The notes below the pieces were generated by a model. That model saw nothing but the letters and a program-made list of their open reading frames with translations. It was not told the DNA's origin and did no database searches. A stretch of DNA of 61,693 bases, the filler included, from Malacoraja senta (taxonomy: Eukaryota): assembly GCA_038087875.1 (NCBI GenBank). It is 3 parts of 3 records of this genome, joined end to end, with 100 filler letters (N's around TTAATTAATTAA, not from the genome) between each part and the next. Parts side by side here need not be neighbours in the genome. Positions count along the whole stretch, not along the records: positions 23,122 to 52,788 come from JAXLNO010000485.1; 2 more parts are not named here. One strand, 5' to 3'. The translations under genes and the position numbers were made by a program. Shown here piece by piece: positions 36,340 through 49,620 of this stretch (position 1 is its first letter; every line of letters begins with the position of its first letter).

Positions 36340-39300
36340 TTATGTTGTATGAAAGTGTTCAATAAATTTTCCCCAAGTCTTATCAAATTTAACCAAGGGT
36401 TCAACAATGTCACTTCTGATTTTTTCTAAATTTAAACATGATATCGTTTCAGAATACGACTGGAGTGTGGTCGGAGGGTTGGAATCTTTCCATTTAATGA
36501 AAATAACTCTTCTGGCAATTAATGTGGTAAAAGCAATCAACCGATGGGCGGAGTGGGACAAATGAATAGAATCTAACATTGGTAACCCAAAAATTGCAGT
36601 AATAGGATGAGGTTGTAAATCTATACCTAAGACTACCGAAATAGTATCAAAAATTTATTTCCAATATTTTTCCAAAAGAGGGCAAGACCAAAACATATGG
36701 GTCAGTGATGCCACTTCAGAGTTACATCTGTCACAGGTAGGATTTATATAACCATAAAAACGAGCTAACTTATCTTTTGACATATGAGCTCTGTGGACCA
36801 CCTTGAATTGTATCAAAGTGTGTCTTGCACACATTGAAGAGGTATTAACTAATTGAAGGATCCTCTCCCATTTCTCTATAGATAAAGAAATTTGGAGTTC
36901 TCTTTCCCAGTCATTCTTAATTTAATCAAATGTATCTATTTGTAATTTTAAAATCAACTCATGAATAGTCGTTATTAATCCTTTCTGATAAGGGTTCAAC
37001 TGTAAAAAAAAATCCAAAATTTCGGGTTGATGTGGTAGCGGAAAAAGAGGTAGTTCCTTTTGTCTAATTTGTAAATATCTAAAAAAGTGTGAATTAGATA
37101 AGTTATATTTATTGGAGAGTTGTTCGAAAGACATAAAACAACCCTCCAAAAACAAATCACGAAAAGCTACTAATCCCTTCCTCTTCCATAACAAAAAAAC
37201 TTGATCAGTACTAGATGGTTGGAAGAGAAATTTGGATAAAATCATTTAGTCCAAAAAACGTACGAAATTGAAATCGTATTCGGAACGTATGTCTTATTAT
37301 TGGGTTCGTCATATATTTATTCAATCTCGTAATTGTAAAAGGTAACGAGGTCCCTAGAATAGAAGCCAATTATAGCCCTTGTAAGGAATCACGTTCAAGG
37401 TTTATCCATCCAGGGCATTGGGTATCTTCTAAATCTTTTGTCCAAAATGTTAAATAACGAACATTGACTGCCCAATAGTAGAGTCTAAGGTTCGGCAATG
37501 CCAAACCACCAACTTTTTTTGATTTCAGTAGGTATTTTTTACCTAGTCTGGGATTTTTATTCTGCCATATATATGAAGAAATGTTAGAGTCTATAATATC
37601 AAAGAAAGATTTGGCAATAAAAATTGGTATCGTCTGAAATAAATACAGAAATTTAGGTAAAATGAACATTTTAATAGCATTGATTCGGCCAATTAAGGAT
37701 AAGGACATTGGTGACCATTTAGTGAACTGATGTTTAATATGGTCAATTAAAGGAATAAAATTAGCTTTAAATAAATCCTTGTGTTTCTTGGTGATCTTCA
37801 TACCTAAATAAGTAAAACTTTCGGTAGTCAATCTAAATGGAAACTGTCCATAACTCGAAACAAAATTATTTAATGGGAAAGCTCACCCTTACTAAGATTT
37901 AGTTTATAACCAGAAAAACGACTGAATTGATTAAGTAATGCTACTATTGCCGGAATAGATTTCTCAGGGTTAGAAATAAATAATAACAGATCATCTGCAT
38001 AAAGAGATAGCTTATGTGTCTTATTCCCGCGGACAATACCAAAAATATTAGGGGATTCCCTAATAGCAGTGGCTAAAGTTTCAAAAGCAATATCAAATAG
38101 TAAAGGACTTAAGGGACAGCCCTGTCTAGTACCTTGAAAGAGCATGAAAAAAGGGGATCTCTGATTATTAGTAAATACATAAACCTGAGGTATAAGATAT
38201 ATCAGTTTGATCCAAGAGATAAATTTTGGACCAATCTTAACTTTTTCAAGTATATTGAATAAGTATTCCATTCTACTCTATCAATAGCCTTCTCGGCATC
38301 AAGTGAGATGACACATTCTGGGGTTTTATTAGACGCTGTATATACAATATTTATTAATCTCCTAACATTAAAGAATGAGTAACGATTTTTAATAAAACCT
38401 GTCTGATCTTCAGAGATAATTTGTGGTAAAATCTTTTCCAATCTCATAGGTAATATTTTGGAAAGAATTTTAAAATCTACATTTAACATTGATATAGGTC
38501 TATGATGTCACTTCAGTAGGGTCTTTATCTTTTTTTTAAATTAAAGAAATAGAAGCTTCATAAAAAGATTGTGGTAATCTATTCCTTAAAAAGGCTTCTT
38601 TAAATACCCTGCATAGCCATGGAGACAATAAATTTGAGAAATACTTTAAAAATACTACTGTAAACCCATCTAAACCGGGAGCTTTACCAGAATTCATTGA
38701 AAAAATTGCTTTCTGTATTTCTTCTTCCGTGATGGGTTCATCTAACAACAGAGACTCATTGTATGGTAAATTTGGTAAGTTCAGTTTCTTTAAAAACTCA
38801 TGCATTATATTGGAATCAGTAGGAAAATCTGATTGGTATAGGGAGGTATAAAATTCCTGAAAGGATTTATTAATTTCGTCATGGTCTACAGTTACTGTAC
38901 CATCCCGTTTATTCACTTTAGTAATCTGACGCTTGGCCGACACTGCTTTCAATTGATTAGCAAGTAATTTACCAGATTTTTCGCCATTAAAAAAAAATTA
39001 CTTTTGGTTTTAAGTAACTGGTTCTCAATCGGTGATACTAATAACAAATCATATCTCAATTGAAGTTCAACTCTATTCTTATAGAGCTCTAAACTAGGAG
39101 CTTTTGAATATTTTTTATCAATTTCTTTAATCTCGTCAGCCAATGTGCGTATTTCTTTTTGTGTTTGTTTTTTTAATCCCGCGGAGTATGAAATAATTTG
39201 TCCACGAATATATGCCTTAAAAGCATCCCAAACTATACCATTGGATATCTCTTCATTAGAGTTTGTCAAGAAGTAAAAAGTAATCTGATCTTTCATAAAC

Positions 39301-40086
39301 TTAATAAAGTTTAAGTCTTGAAGCAAAGTAGCATTAAATCGCCATTGTTTAGCACTAAACTTAGAATCAGGTAGTTTGATCAGTTTCACTGGTGCATGAT
39401 CAGAAATAGCAATTGTATCATACTCACATGCAATGACCGATGGAACTAGCCGAGAATCTAGTATAAAATAGTCGATCCTAGAATAACTATGATATACATG
39501 AGAGAAAAATGAAAATTCTTTGCCATTTGCGTGTAAGAATCTCCAAATTTCTAACATTCCCGAGTCAAGTAAAAAAGAATTAATAAAATTAGCTGATTTA
39601 TTTGGAAGCACATGATCAGATGTAGACCTATCAATCGAGGGATTCAAACAGCAATTGAAGTCTCCACCCATTATTAAAAAGTGTTCATTTAAATTGGGAA
39701 AGGATGCAATTAACTGTTTAAAAAACCTCAAGGTGCTCAATATTTGGTGCATAAACATTCACCATAGCGACTTTTTGCCTATAAAGGACACTGGTAATCA
39801 CCAAGAATCTGCCATATGGATCAGAAATTGTTTCATAGTGAACAAACGGAATTGAGGGGTCAATAAAAATAGAGACTCCTTTCACCTTAGCCTGTGAATT
39901 TGAATGAAACTGCTGTCCTCTCCAAAACTTGAAAAATCGTGACTTGTCATCTTGCCTTACATGAGTTTCCTGAACAAAGATAATCTGAGCATTTAGTCTG
40001 TGAAGAACTTTTTTTTTTTAAATCCTCTTAATGGGATGGTTCAAGCCATTCACATTCCATGAAAGGAAATTAGTAACTTTATCCAT
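36340..40086 (-). pseudogene. L1 ORF2p (APE endonuclease, reverse transcriptase, Cys-rich C-terminus), multiply frameshifted
   Basis: Motifs MDKVTNFLSWNVNGL, QETH, NVYAPN, MGGDFN, SRIDY, SDH, SGKAPGLDGF, QTGF, SLDAEKAIDRVEW, GTRQGCPLSPLLF, LYADDLL and FTYLG, spread across several reading frames. Confidence 0.93.
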
Positions 40087-40674
40087 ATTGCTTGTAAAAA
40101 TCATGTGGGATGTAATGGGTTAATTTCTTGAAGCCTAAAAGTTCATAATACTGGAAGAAGAAAAATCTAGGGCGGAGCCAGAAGTGACGTCATTTCAGCC
40201 AATTTTGTAGTTCAGAATTTGCACAAATGGAGATCACTAAATAGGGAACAAAAGACCCCTCCCCTTCCCCCCTCCCACCCCTGTAGAACCCCAAACTGAC
40301 CAAAAGACAGTCAGCAAACTACCTAATCTCCCCAATCCCATCTCTCCCAGTAACAGCGCTCAGCATAAAAAGAATAATATTTAACCACTACGTTTTTAAC
40401 ACATTCGTTATTATCTCTTTGAGAGAGAAGAAAAAAAAAATACAGACTGGCATGGAATGCTGCTTATTATAATCCAAGGTCAAGATATGAAAAACAAGAA
40501 CTGCGTTCTCTTAGTTTGCCTAACGACAGGGGAACACAAATTAACAAAGACATTCTTAAAAGAATATATATAAAAGAAAAACAACTCGTCCAGTTAAATT
40601 CTTAATCATTACCAAACGAAATGTTGTCAAAATAGGAACAGTAAATCTCCAATTATAACTTAATCAGCTATCAA

Positions 40675-41534
40675 TTACTCCCCTTCCTCGTCGTAGCTCT
40701 TCAGAAAGCTGGAGGCGTCTTGAGGACTGTTAAAAAATCGAAAGTTACCATTGAAAAGCCGAATACGCAATCTAGCTGGTGATAATAAAGCTGGGCGCAG
40801 TTTTTCTTATACAAATCAGACATTACATTATAAAAAGTCTTTCTTATTTCCAAAAGCTCGTAACTATAATCAGGGACAAACCGAAACTTACATCCTTCAT
40901 ATTCAACCACACCAAACTTTTTTGTTGCCAGGAGAATATTCTCCTTCATTTGAAAAAAATGAAACCGAGTGATCAAGTGTCTCGGTTTATTACCGGATTT
41001 CTTCCCAATCCTGTGTGCCTTATCCATGAACGGAAGGTTTTCATTGTGCTCAATGTTGAATGTTTCCTTTATCATTTTAGAAGCATATTTTATAACATTA
41101 TCTCCTTCTTGGCCTTCCGGCAAACCAACAATTCGTAAATTCAAACGATGGCTTCTGCTTTCTAAGTCCATATTTTTAGACTTGTATTGCTGAAGTGCTC
41201 GAGTGTTTTCATTCATTCTCCGCTCCAATTTTTCAATCTTCAAATCTCTCTCCTGTCCCAGGGTGCGCAAGATATCAATTTGATCCTTTTGTTCACGAAG
41301 TTCATCTTGTAACAAAGACAGTTTTCCTTGGACTTCCTTCAATTTGGTCGAAACTCCTTTCACCATTTCTTCCAAACTGCCAAATCTTGTTTTCATTTCA
41401 TTTTTCAGCTCATTTTTCAATTCATCGTTCATTTTTGATATTGCTTCTATGATGCTGGAATCAGAAGCTGCAGCTGTGGTTGTGGCTTTCCCCAGATCCT
41501 TCTTTGGGGATCCTCCTTTCCTTCTTGTCTCCAT
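40675..41534 (-). pseudogene. L1 ORF1p (coiled coil, RRM, CTD) with one frameshift near 40801-40805
   Basis: Motifs DLESRSHRLNLRIVGLPEG, DKAHRIG, PRHLITRF and FVPDYS. After the shift the alternate frame reads PALLSPARLRI...EEGE* to TAA at 40675-40677. Confidence 0.9.
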
Positions 41535-42231
41535 CCTTTTCACGATTAAGGCGTGTAAAAGTGTATCAACACTTTATGAACAGTTAGACGGTGTCTTGAA
41601 GTCAAATAGTCACCAGTAACATTGAAAGAGTGGTCAGTGGAAGTTCAAAGTTAAGGGAGCAAACGAGTTTGCAACCTTACAGCATGCTGCCACTAGGAGA
41701 GTCTAGTTATTGACATGTTATTGATGTTCATGATTATTCTGTTCTTTGTGCCTGGCCATTTTGACTTTGTCACATTTTACTTGGTTTATGATATTGTACA
41801 AGATTTGCAATCACACCTCCCAATTGACTAAAATTATCCCAATTAACTAAATGCCTACTATGGCATTTAACTTATTGCATTATATTCAGTGCAGGGTAGA
41901 AGCTGCAGTTTTTTAAAAAGGGCAAGTTTTTATTACATACTATGTGGTGTGTGCCTGGAAAGCACTGCCAGGGATGGTGGCGTCTGGGGTGCACCTTCGT
42001 GGGTGCATGGAGATGCAGGGGTTTGAGGGACATGAATCATTTGCAGGCAGATGCTGCCTAACTGGTGTGTGTCTGACTGATCTGGAGGGATCTGATGGTC
42101 AGGCAGGGAATATTTCCAGTGACCCAATGGTGCTGAGTTCGCTGAATTTTACGGTGAATGGGAATGCCCCTGTAAGAGAGGAACAGGTCCTTTGTCCAAC
42201 AACGTTTGTGCTGAACATGACGCAACCTGAG

Positions 42232-42740
42232 GCAGAGTGGTGCTGCTGATAGAGCTGCTGCCTCAGTGCGTCATAGACATCAGTTCAATCCTAACCTCGG
42301 TTGTCGGCTGTGTGAAGTTTGCATGTATTCCCTATGACCGCATGGGTTTCCACTGTCCTCCAGTTTTCACACACATACTAAAGATGCCAGGTTTTATGGG
42401 TTAATTGGTCTCTGTAATTTGACCCTAGTGTGGAAGCGAAAGTTAGATAACATAGAACTTGTGTGAACGAAACTATTTGAAGGAGTATTGAGTTTTTTGT
42501 TTAGTTTAGAGAGAGAGCATTGAAACAGACACTTCGGCCCCACTGAGTCCGCACCAACCAACGATCACCCACATAAGCTAGGAACACGTCAATTAACCTA
42601 CAAACCTGCACATCTGTCTTTGGAATGTGGGAGGAAACTGGAGCACCTGGAGAAACCTATGCAGTCACAGGGAGAAGGTACAAATTCCGTACAGACATCA
42701 CCCGTGGTCAGGATCAAACCCAGGTGTCTGGCACTGTGCC
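42232..42740. mobile_element. Two adjacent SINE copies in opposite orientation (about 42232-42470 +, 42496-42740 -)
   Basis: Head, core and tail on plus, followed by a reverse-complement copy. Confidence 0.75.
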
Positions 42741-43891
42741 TTTATATCTGGAAGGAAGATGTTATGTGGAATGAATCAACAGTTAAAGCGAATAAACTAG
42801 TTGCATCTTTCTGAGTTCTGTTCTCTGCTATGCCATTTCTTTGTTGTCTAATATTTAATTTCCCCCCTCAGATTATCAAAATATTCAACCAAAGCAGAAC
42901 GTGCACTGCTAACCAATCGCTGAGTAGAAGATTTCATGGATGTGATTAAAATGCAGGAACTGAAATAAATGGAAAGAGTTAAATTAAGTTTATCAAACAT
43001 GACAGAAATTCTCAATAGACTGCCCTGCATTTGTACAAATTAGAGCTATCTAGCAATTTATGTTGATAACAGCTGATATGACTGAGGCCTCAACTCCTTT
43101 ACTGTGCTTATTCCACATAAGACACAATTCCCTGGTCTTTTAGAATATATCCACGCATTACCCATCAATTCACCACCACATCATGCCTCTTTAATACATT
43201 CATAAGGTTAACTCTGTTTCTTGTCATCTCCAAGGGACACAGAACCAGTGATTTCAGCCATTCATGGTTAGGTAACACTTGCTTATTCCAGAAATCTCTT
43301 CTAGCTGATATCCAATATTAATATATCCTTTCTTAAATTTGAGGACCAAGCTGTGCACAGTGCTCCTGATATGTCCTTAGCAACATCATGTACCATAATT
43401 ACAATAGTAACCTACCTTTGAATGCTAATCACCTTCTGAGTTGTGTGCTGCATCTACCTGCTGGCTTTTTGTTTTGCACTTTAAGCACTTGAATTTCTTG
43501 TACTCCACTCATTTGCAATTTCACTCCATTTAGATAATAGCTTCCTTTGAATTGCTCTTACCAGAGTGTGTGAGCACATACTTTCCATTATTAAACTCCA
43601 TTTGCCATGTTTATGTTCATCTAACAAAGAGTCATATAGCCATATAGCATGGAAGTAGGTACTTCAGCCTAATGCTCCAAGCTGAACAAGATGCTACATC
43701 TAGGTTAGTCACATTTGCCAGCCTTTGGGCCCACTTTCCTCTCAACATGTTCTATCCATGTACCTGTCCAATTGTCTTTTCAATGTTGTTATTCTGCCTT
43801 CGCTGGCAGCTCATTCCATACACCCAGTAACCTCTTCGTAGAAAAGGTTGCCTCTCAGGTTCCTACTAAATCTTCCTCCTCACCTTAAACC

Positions 43892-44544
43892 CAGGGGTGC
43901 AGTGCTGCCGGAGCTCACCTGAGCACCGATCCGGCACCTCTGTTAAAGAAAAAATAAACAGGGTGGAATTTTAACTAGCGGATGTGTGGTCAGGGTAACC
44001 TGATTAAAAGAGGGGTAAGGGGAAGACCCATCACTACTGAGGTTCCCTGTAGGAGGAGGGGAACACTATGATGCAGCAGAGACAGACCATGTGATGTGTG
44101 CATCGTTTGTGGTTGTGGGCCTGGAGCTGAGCCTGGAACTCTGGTGGGTGGATGAGTGGGTGGGTGTGTAGGTGAATGGGTGTGAGGGTGAGTGTGTGTG
44201 TGTGAGTGTGTGTGTGAAGGCCCAGAGCTGTGGGATAGTCAGGGCGAGTCGGTGTCTTGCCGGCACCTCTGTAAAAATACATGATAACCGTCTTTTTCTT
44301 TACTTGCTTCATAATTATATTTTATGATAATCAGTGAGTGCAACCGTGCAATATTTTGTCATAATTAAATTAAGTATTATATGTTTTAATGTACTAGCTA
44401 TACACTGGGATGTAGTAATAGGCTATAATCTTGTTTGACCCTCTAGGGAGACTAGCTTGCCCCCCCCCCTCCCCACCCCCCAGCAAAATCTGAAATGCCC
44501 CTGTTTGACAGCTCCGACACCTAAAAGATTAGCATTGAACACTG
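43892..44544. mobile_element. Non-autonomous hAT-like element, 653 bp, inserted in a CR1 tail, containing a (GT)n tract
   Basis: CAG..CTG ends with imperfect TIRs (CAGGGGTGCAGTGCT / CAGTGTTCAATGCT). 8-bp TSD CTTAAACC at 43884-43891 and 44545-44552. Confidence 0.75.
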
Positions 44545-47075
44545 CTTAAACCTGTTTTTGCTGGTTCTTGATTACCCTACCCTGGGTAAAATAAATCCTG
44601 ATCAATCGCCCTCATGATTTTAGAAAGCTCTCTAAGCACCAATTAAATGGTTTCAATTATAGATAGAGTAAGACTTTGTGGTTATTTCCAACAAGAATTT
44701 TAGACTAAAGAAAGGCCAGTGGAAGTACTTGGTCAAACAGCATCTGTGGAGGCAAATGACATATACCAACATTTCAAGTCAAGGCACTGCATTAGAATTG
44801 AAGGAGAGGATGGGAAGATTCTAACAGTTTGAAGGAGGAATGGGGCAGAGGCTGGTAAGTGGCAGGTGGAATCAGCTGGGGAGGGGATGATGGGCAGATG
44901 GAGCAAAGTTGGTGTATGGGTGGTTGTGGGAGAACAAATGAACACCAGTGGTATGGATAAGCTGAAATGTGAAAACTTTATATTCATATAAAGTTACCCA
45001 GGTGGATTATCAGATATTTTACTTAAAACTTTCTGTGCCCAAGGTTAACGACAGATGGGTGAGTGTGAGAGTGGGAAGGGGTATTAAAATACCATACAAC
45101 AGATCTCAGGATGATCTTTACTTCAAAGGGATGTGCTGTACAAAATGGTTGACATCTAAGCTAGTTTCTCCACAGTGTGAGCAATGATTGCAGTATAGAA
45201 AGTTGAAAGAGATGCAAGTGAACCTCTGTCTCATTTGAACAGTTTATTCTCCTGTTGTTCACCTCTTCCCCCTCCTCTCCTACCTGTTTCCATCTACCCA
45301 TTATCCTCTCCCCACCTGGTTCTACATTTGATCTACCAGCCTCTGTCCTATCCCTCCCTGATTGCTATATATTGGCAATTCATCCTCTTCCCTAACAGGC
45401 CTGGTGCAGGTTCTTGACCCTATTTGTGACATCAACCATTTGTCCCAATAATTTTGCGTGAGCCATTGAATGCTTTCAGTCTTCGTTTTTAGTTGCTGAT
45501 TCCATTAGCTACAGTCATTATTGGATAGAATATATTTTGTTTTAACACTGCATTTAGTCTGAGACACAGCACCAATAAATGTTGTTACATAACGCTTGGT
45601 TATTTGATGTCAAAAGTCTTGATTGTTTGTACTTTGTACATTTCTAATCTAATGCAAAGAATTTATCATCCATATGAATATAAAATTGTCCACGGTGATT
45701 GGTGGCACAGTGATCAAGTTCATTTTATGTGGCTCATTTGGTACAAGTTCTGCTCTTGAGATTTCACCTAATAATAGTTGCCTGTAGAATGTGTTTGATG
45801 AATAGACCATTGAGTATAAGATTTTTGGAAATAGATTGGCATGAAATCCAGGTAAACACATTGGATTGCACTCTGTTTTATAGTGGCTTCATGTTGCGAA
45901 GTAAAGGCAAGATATATGGAATGTGCAAGATATAATATGAAAGATATAATATGCAAGGCGCAAAATTAAATTGTTGTTAAGAAAATGTAAGGCCTCCATT
46001 TATTTGCAACAGCATCAATCAGTTATCTTACGTCAAAGTTGATTTTGTATTTTTTAAAGAATGAATGGGAACAAAATGTTCAAAAATGAATTGGCAGTCA
46101 AAGTAATACACGGTTGTAGTGGAGACAAGTGTGTAGGAACAGGCCACTCTGCCGATCCTGCCAATACTGGTGCATATGGTCCACATGACCCTCTTCCCAC
46201 CTTATGCGATCTGCAACATGGTTGGCAAGTCTATGCTGGATTCTCCAATGTAGAACTGACTATTCTTTTCTCTTTTGTGTTTGCCCAGCCGTCCCCTAAA
46301 TGCAATTCATTGATCTGGATCCTCATTCTCACCTGTATTGGGTGGGAGGGGAGGAGAGGGAGCATTCTCTGTAGAATTCCCTGCTGGATTTTATGGTGGA
46401 AAAGTTTTCACCATAGTGATTCATTTAAAAGCTTTATGTATTTTAATATCTCCCTTCAGCCACTTCTCAAAGGGGTGGAGGGCAGGGGGTGGACGACTTA
46501 CCCAGGGACATTTGATGACCGTGTTTTGTTTATTTTATCCAAACATTTTTTAATATAGATTAATATAGTATTTTTTTTTGTATCTTGGGTAAGCACATTG
46601 AAATAGCAATGGATGGCGTGTTCAGAAAATTATTTCTGATTTGTCCTCGCTTTGTGAACACCAAACCAATGTATGCAGCTGCAAAAAGTCATTGGCACCA
46701 GGGTCTCGGTTCCTTTTAAGCATCCCAGTTATCATGTTCTTCAATGCAGAGGAAATGTGGCCACGATAAATATAAAAATGTTGAAATGCAGAATATAAAA
46801 GTAATAGGAATTCAGGCATTTGAGCCTCAACTATTATTCCATGTGATCAATTGTGACCTAAAATTTATACCTTGATCCTTTTATTTCTCTGATCCTTTGA
46901 CCATACAAATAACATATAACTCCTTGTATAAATTCAATGATCTGTGTTCAACTGCTTCCAGTGGTGTAACATTCCACACCTTCATCATTCTGTGGGAGAA
47001 GTAATCGCTCTTCATCTCAACTTGAAGCCTGATCATCAGATTGTGACCACTGGGCCCTGAACTGACCGGATTTCC

Positions 47076-47205
47076 NNNNNNNNNNNNNNNNNNNNNNNNN
47101 NNNNNNNNNNNNNNNNNNNNNNNNNNNNNNNNNNNNNNNNNNNNNNNNNNNNNNNNNNNNNNNNNNNNNNNNNNNNNNNNNNNNNNNNNNNNNNNNNNNN
47201 NNNNN
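47076..47205. other. Assembly gap (130 N)
   Basis: Run of N. Confidence 0.99.
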
Positions 47206-49329
47206 CTCTTTCTCGTTTTTCATATTGTTTACCATGTACTATGTACCATTTACATATTCCATTGTGCTGCAGTGAGTAAGAATTTCATTGTACTATCTGG
47301 GACATACGACAATAAAACACTCTTGACTCTCTTCAATCTGTACAGACCCATAAGAATGTTGTAGTTGATTTTGAATGGTTCTAATCACAATGTAAAACTA
47401 ATCGCCCAAATCGCCCTTCATACATTAGTCCTCCCATCCCTGAAATCTGATGAACCTTCACAGCACTCCCTCCATAACAAGAACATTCTTCCTAAGATCA
47501 GGAGACTAAAACTGCAGATGCCATGGTCTTGGCAAGCACATTTCTCAGAATAACATGATGTATCTTTAGAAAGGGATAAGGAGGAATCTCTAGAGTCAGA
47601 GGGTGGTGAATCACATATTAAGTTCTTGGAGCTCTGGAAAATTATCAATCTTTGATGGGAAGAATGGATAGTGAGGCTGCTCACTTTGCTGGAGGGTTTG
47701 AGAGTGGACAAGGAATTCTATGCAACGTGCGTTTGGAATGTCAAGTGTATGGCATGTAGATGTTGTGTAATTGGCTCCATTATGCCCTTAGTGCATTGGA
47801 AAAGGTAAACAGGGTTTTCACCTATGATGACATTTTCTGCTAACTGCACTTTATGGTAAGCAAGTAGGCTGGCTTTGGGAAACAATTAGATGATTGAGGG
47901 CTCACTTAGAATAACTGGGAAATTATGGAGCAGCCTACAAGGATATTTAGTGTAGCTAAAGGATAAGTTAAACCTTTCTTTTCTCCGAGACATGCAAGAA
48001 TAGCTTGGTGCTTGATTTAATGCAGAATCTTTGAAGGACAGTGGCTGGGCCGCAAGATCTCCACACCAGCCATCATAAATAGGAGTTTCCAATGGGCAGA
48101 AGACTGTGAGACTTGATGGTATTTGCCACGGCTTCTATCATTTAACACATTGAGCTGAAAGCCATGAGATTCGTTGCTTTTTTAATGTTTTGTCTTTTAA
48201 TTTGACGTAATAAAGATAGTCATTTGTACCCTTGAAATTTTCTTTCTCCGTTCATTGATCCAAATCCTATTTATGTTTCATCACAAAGAGAGAATTGGAT
48301 AAACTAATGGTGAGCAAAAACACGCAAATCTACAGTCGAAGGGCTGGGGTTGAACAAGTGATTTTCTCCCAGTAGAGAGGTGGCATTGGCCTGATAGGAT
48401 GAATGGTCCCCATCAGCACAGTAAACATTTAAATGATCCATTGATTTGTATTCATCATCGTATATCAAATAAAACTTAGGGATACGGAAGGAGAAATATT
48501 TTGGCCTGTTTATATGGTGCAAAATAACCCACCCCAGAACAATAAATAGTTGTGAATTTACACTTAATATTATCTGTCACTGAAGCAGAGTGCAGAGGTT
48601 CTCAAATTCATTTAAGAAATAGTATTAAGGCGACTGTATAGAAAATGGTGGGTATTGCTTGGCAGCAAGATGGGAGTAGTATTGTAGTGGTAGTGATGAG
48701 GTGTTTTGATGGCAGTGATCATAATTTAGCATGATTAAAGTAGCAATGTACACTAGGAATGCAGGTTCGCAGCTGAGGTGAAAACATTTCCAAGACTGCA
48801 ACATAATTTAACAGAAATGTAATACAAAATGTAATAAAATAGGGCAATTAAATGGTGACAGTTAACAGATCTCTGGGGATACTAGAAACTGCAGATATTG
48901 GATCGTTGAGCAAAACTGTTGGAGGAACAGTGCGTCAGGCAACATCTGTGGGATGGAATGAACCAACGACCAATTTCAGGCTGGAACTCTTGTTCAGACT
49001 GGTGACTTCAAAACGTTGTCAGTCGATTCCCACCACAGATGCTGCCTGACACACTGAATTCTTCATGCACGTTGTTTTTAACACACCAGCTGGAAAGAGT
49101 CCAGCGAAGATTTACAAGGAGACTTGATAGTGGCATTTGAAGTCTTTAGAAAGGCATAGATATGCAGGGAAAGGATGGATATGGAACATGTGTTGGTGGA
49201 GGAGATTAGTTCAACTTGGCATCACGTTTGGAACAGAAGGTGTGGCCCCAAGGGCCTGTTCCTATGCTGAACTGTTCTGCAAGTCACTGAGTCTATGTTC
49301 AGGGAGGGTGAGGTTGAGAAGGCTCTGAT

Positions 49330-49620
49330 TTCAATAGAAAATAGGTGCAGGAGTAGGCCATTCGATCCATCGAGCCAGCACCGCCATTCAATGTGATCAT
49401 GGCTGATCATCCCCAATCAGTACCCCGTTCCTGCCTTCTCCCCATATCCCCTGACTCCGCTATTTTTAAGAGCCCTATCTAGCTCTCTCTTGAAAGCATC
49501 CACTGCCCTCTGAGGCAGAGAATTCCACAGACTCACCACTCTCTGTGAGAAAAAGTGTTTCCTCATCTCCGTTCTAAATGGCTTACTCCTTATTCTTAAA
49601 CTGTGGTCCCTGGTTCTGGA
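49330..49620 (-). mobile_element. CR1 3' end, subfamily shared with copies at about 8325-8655 and 21918-22110
   Basis: Peptide TRDHSLRIRSKPFRTEMRKHFFSQRVVSLWNS. Near-identical 3' UTR text in the three copies. Confidence 0.85.

Larger units (their letters stand above)
35858..41705 (-). mobile_element. Full-length L1-clade LINE (about 5.85 kb), ORF1 and ORF2 disrupted by frameshifts
   Basis: Short 5' UTR, ORF1, about 590-bp inter-ORF spacer, ORF2 (endonuclease and RT), A-rich 3' UTR ending AATAAAAAGATTTTAAAAGAAA. No TSD found, so ends are approximate. Confidence 0.93.

Noticed and set aside
46061-46558. 165-aa ORF
   Set aside because: No recognisable family. The antisense strand has a decayed YIGE..HRLA Penelope-like stretch. 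Treated as a chance ORF.
48304-48522. EYKSMDHLNVYCADG resembling the versican sushi segment RYEINSLIRYHCKDG
   Set aside because: Only Y, C, D and G match, and the other sushi cysteines and tryptophan are not in frame. Likely coincidence.
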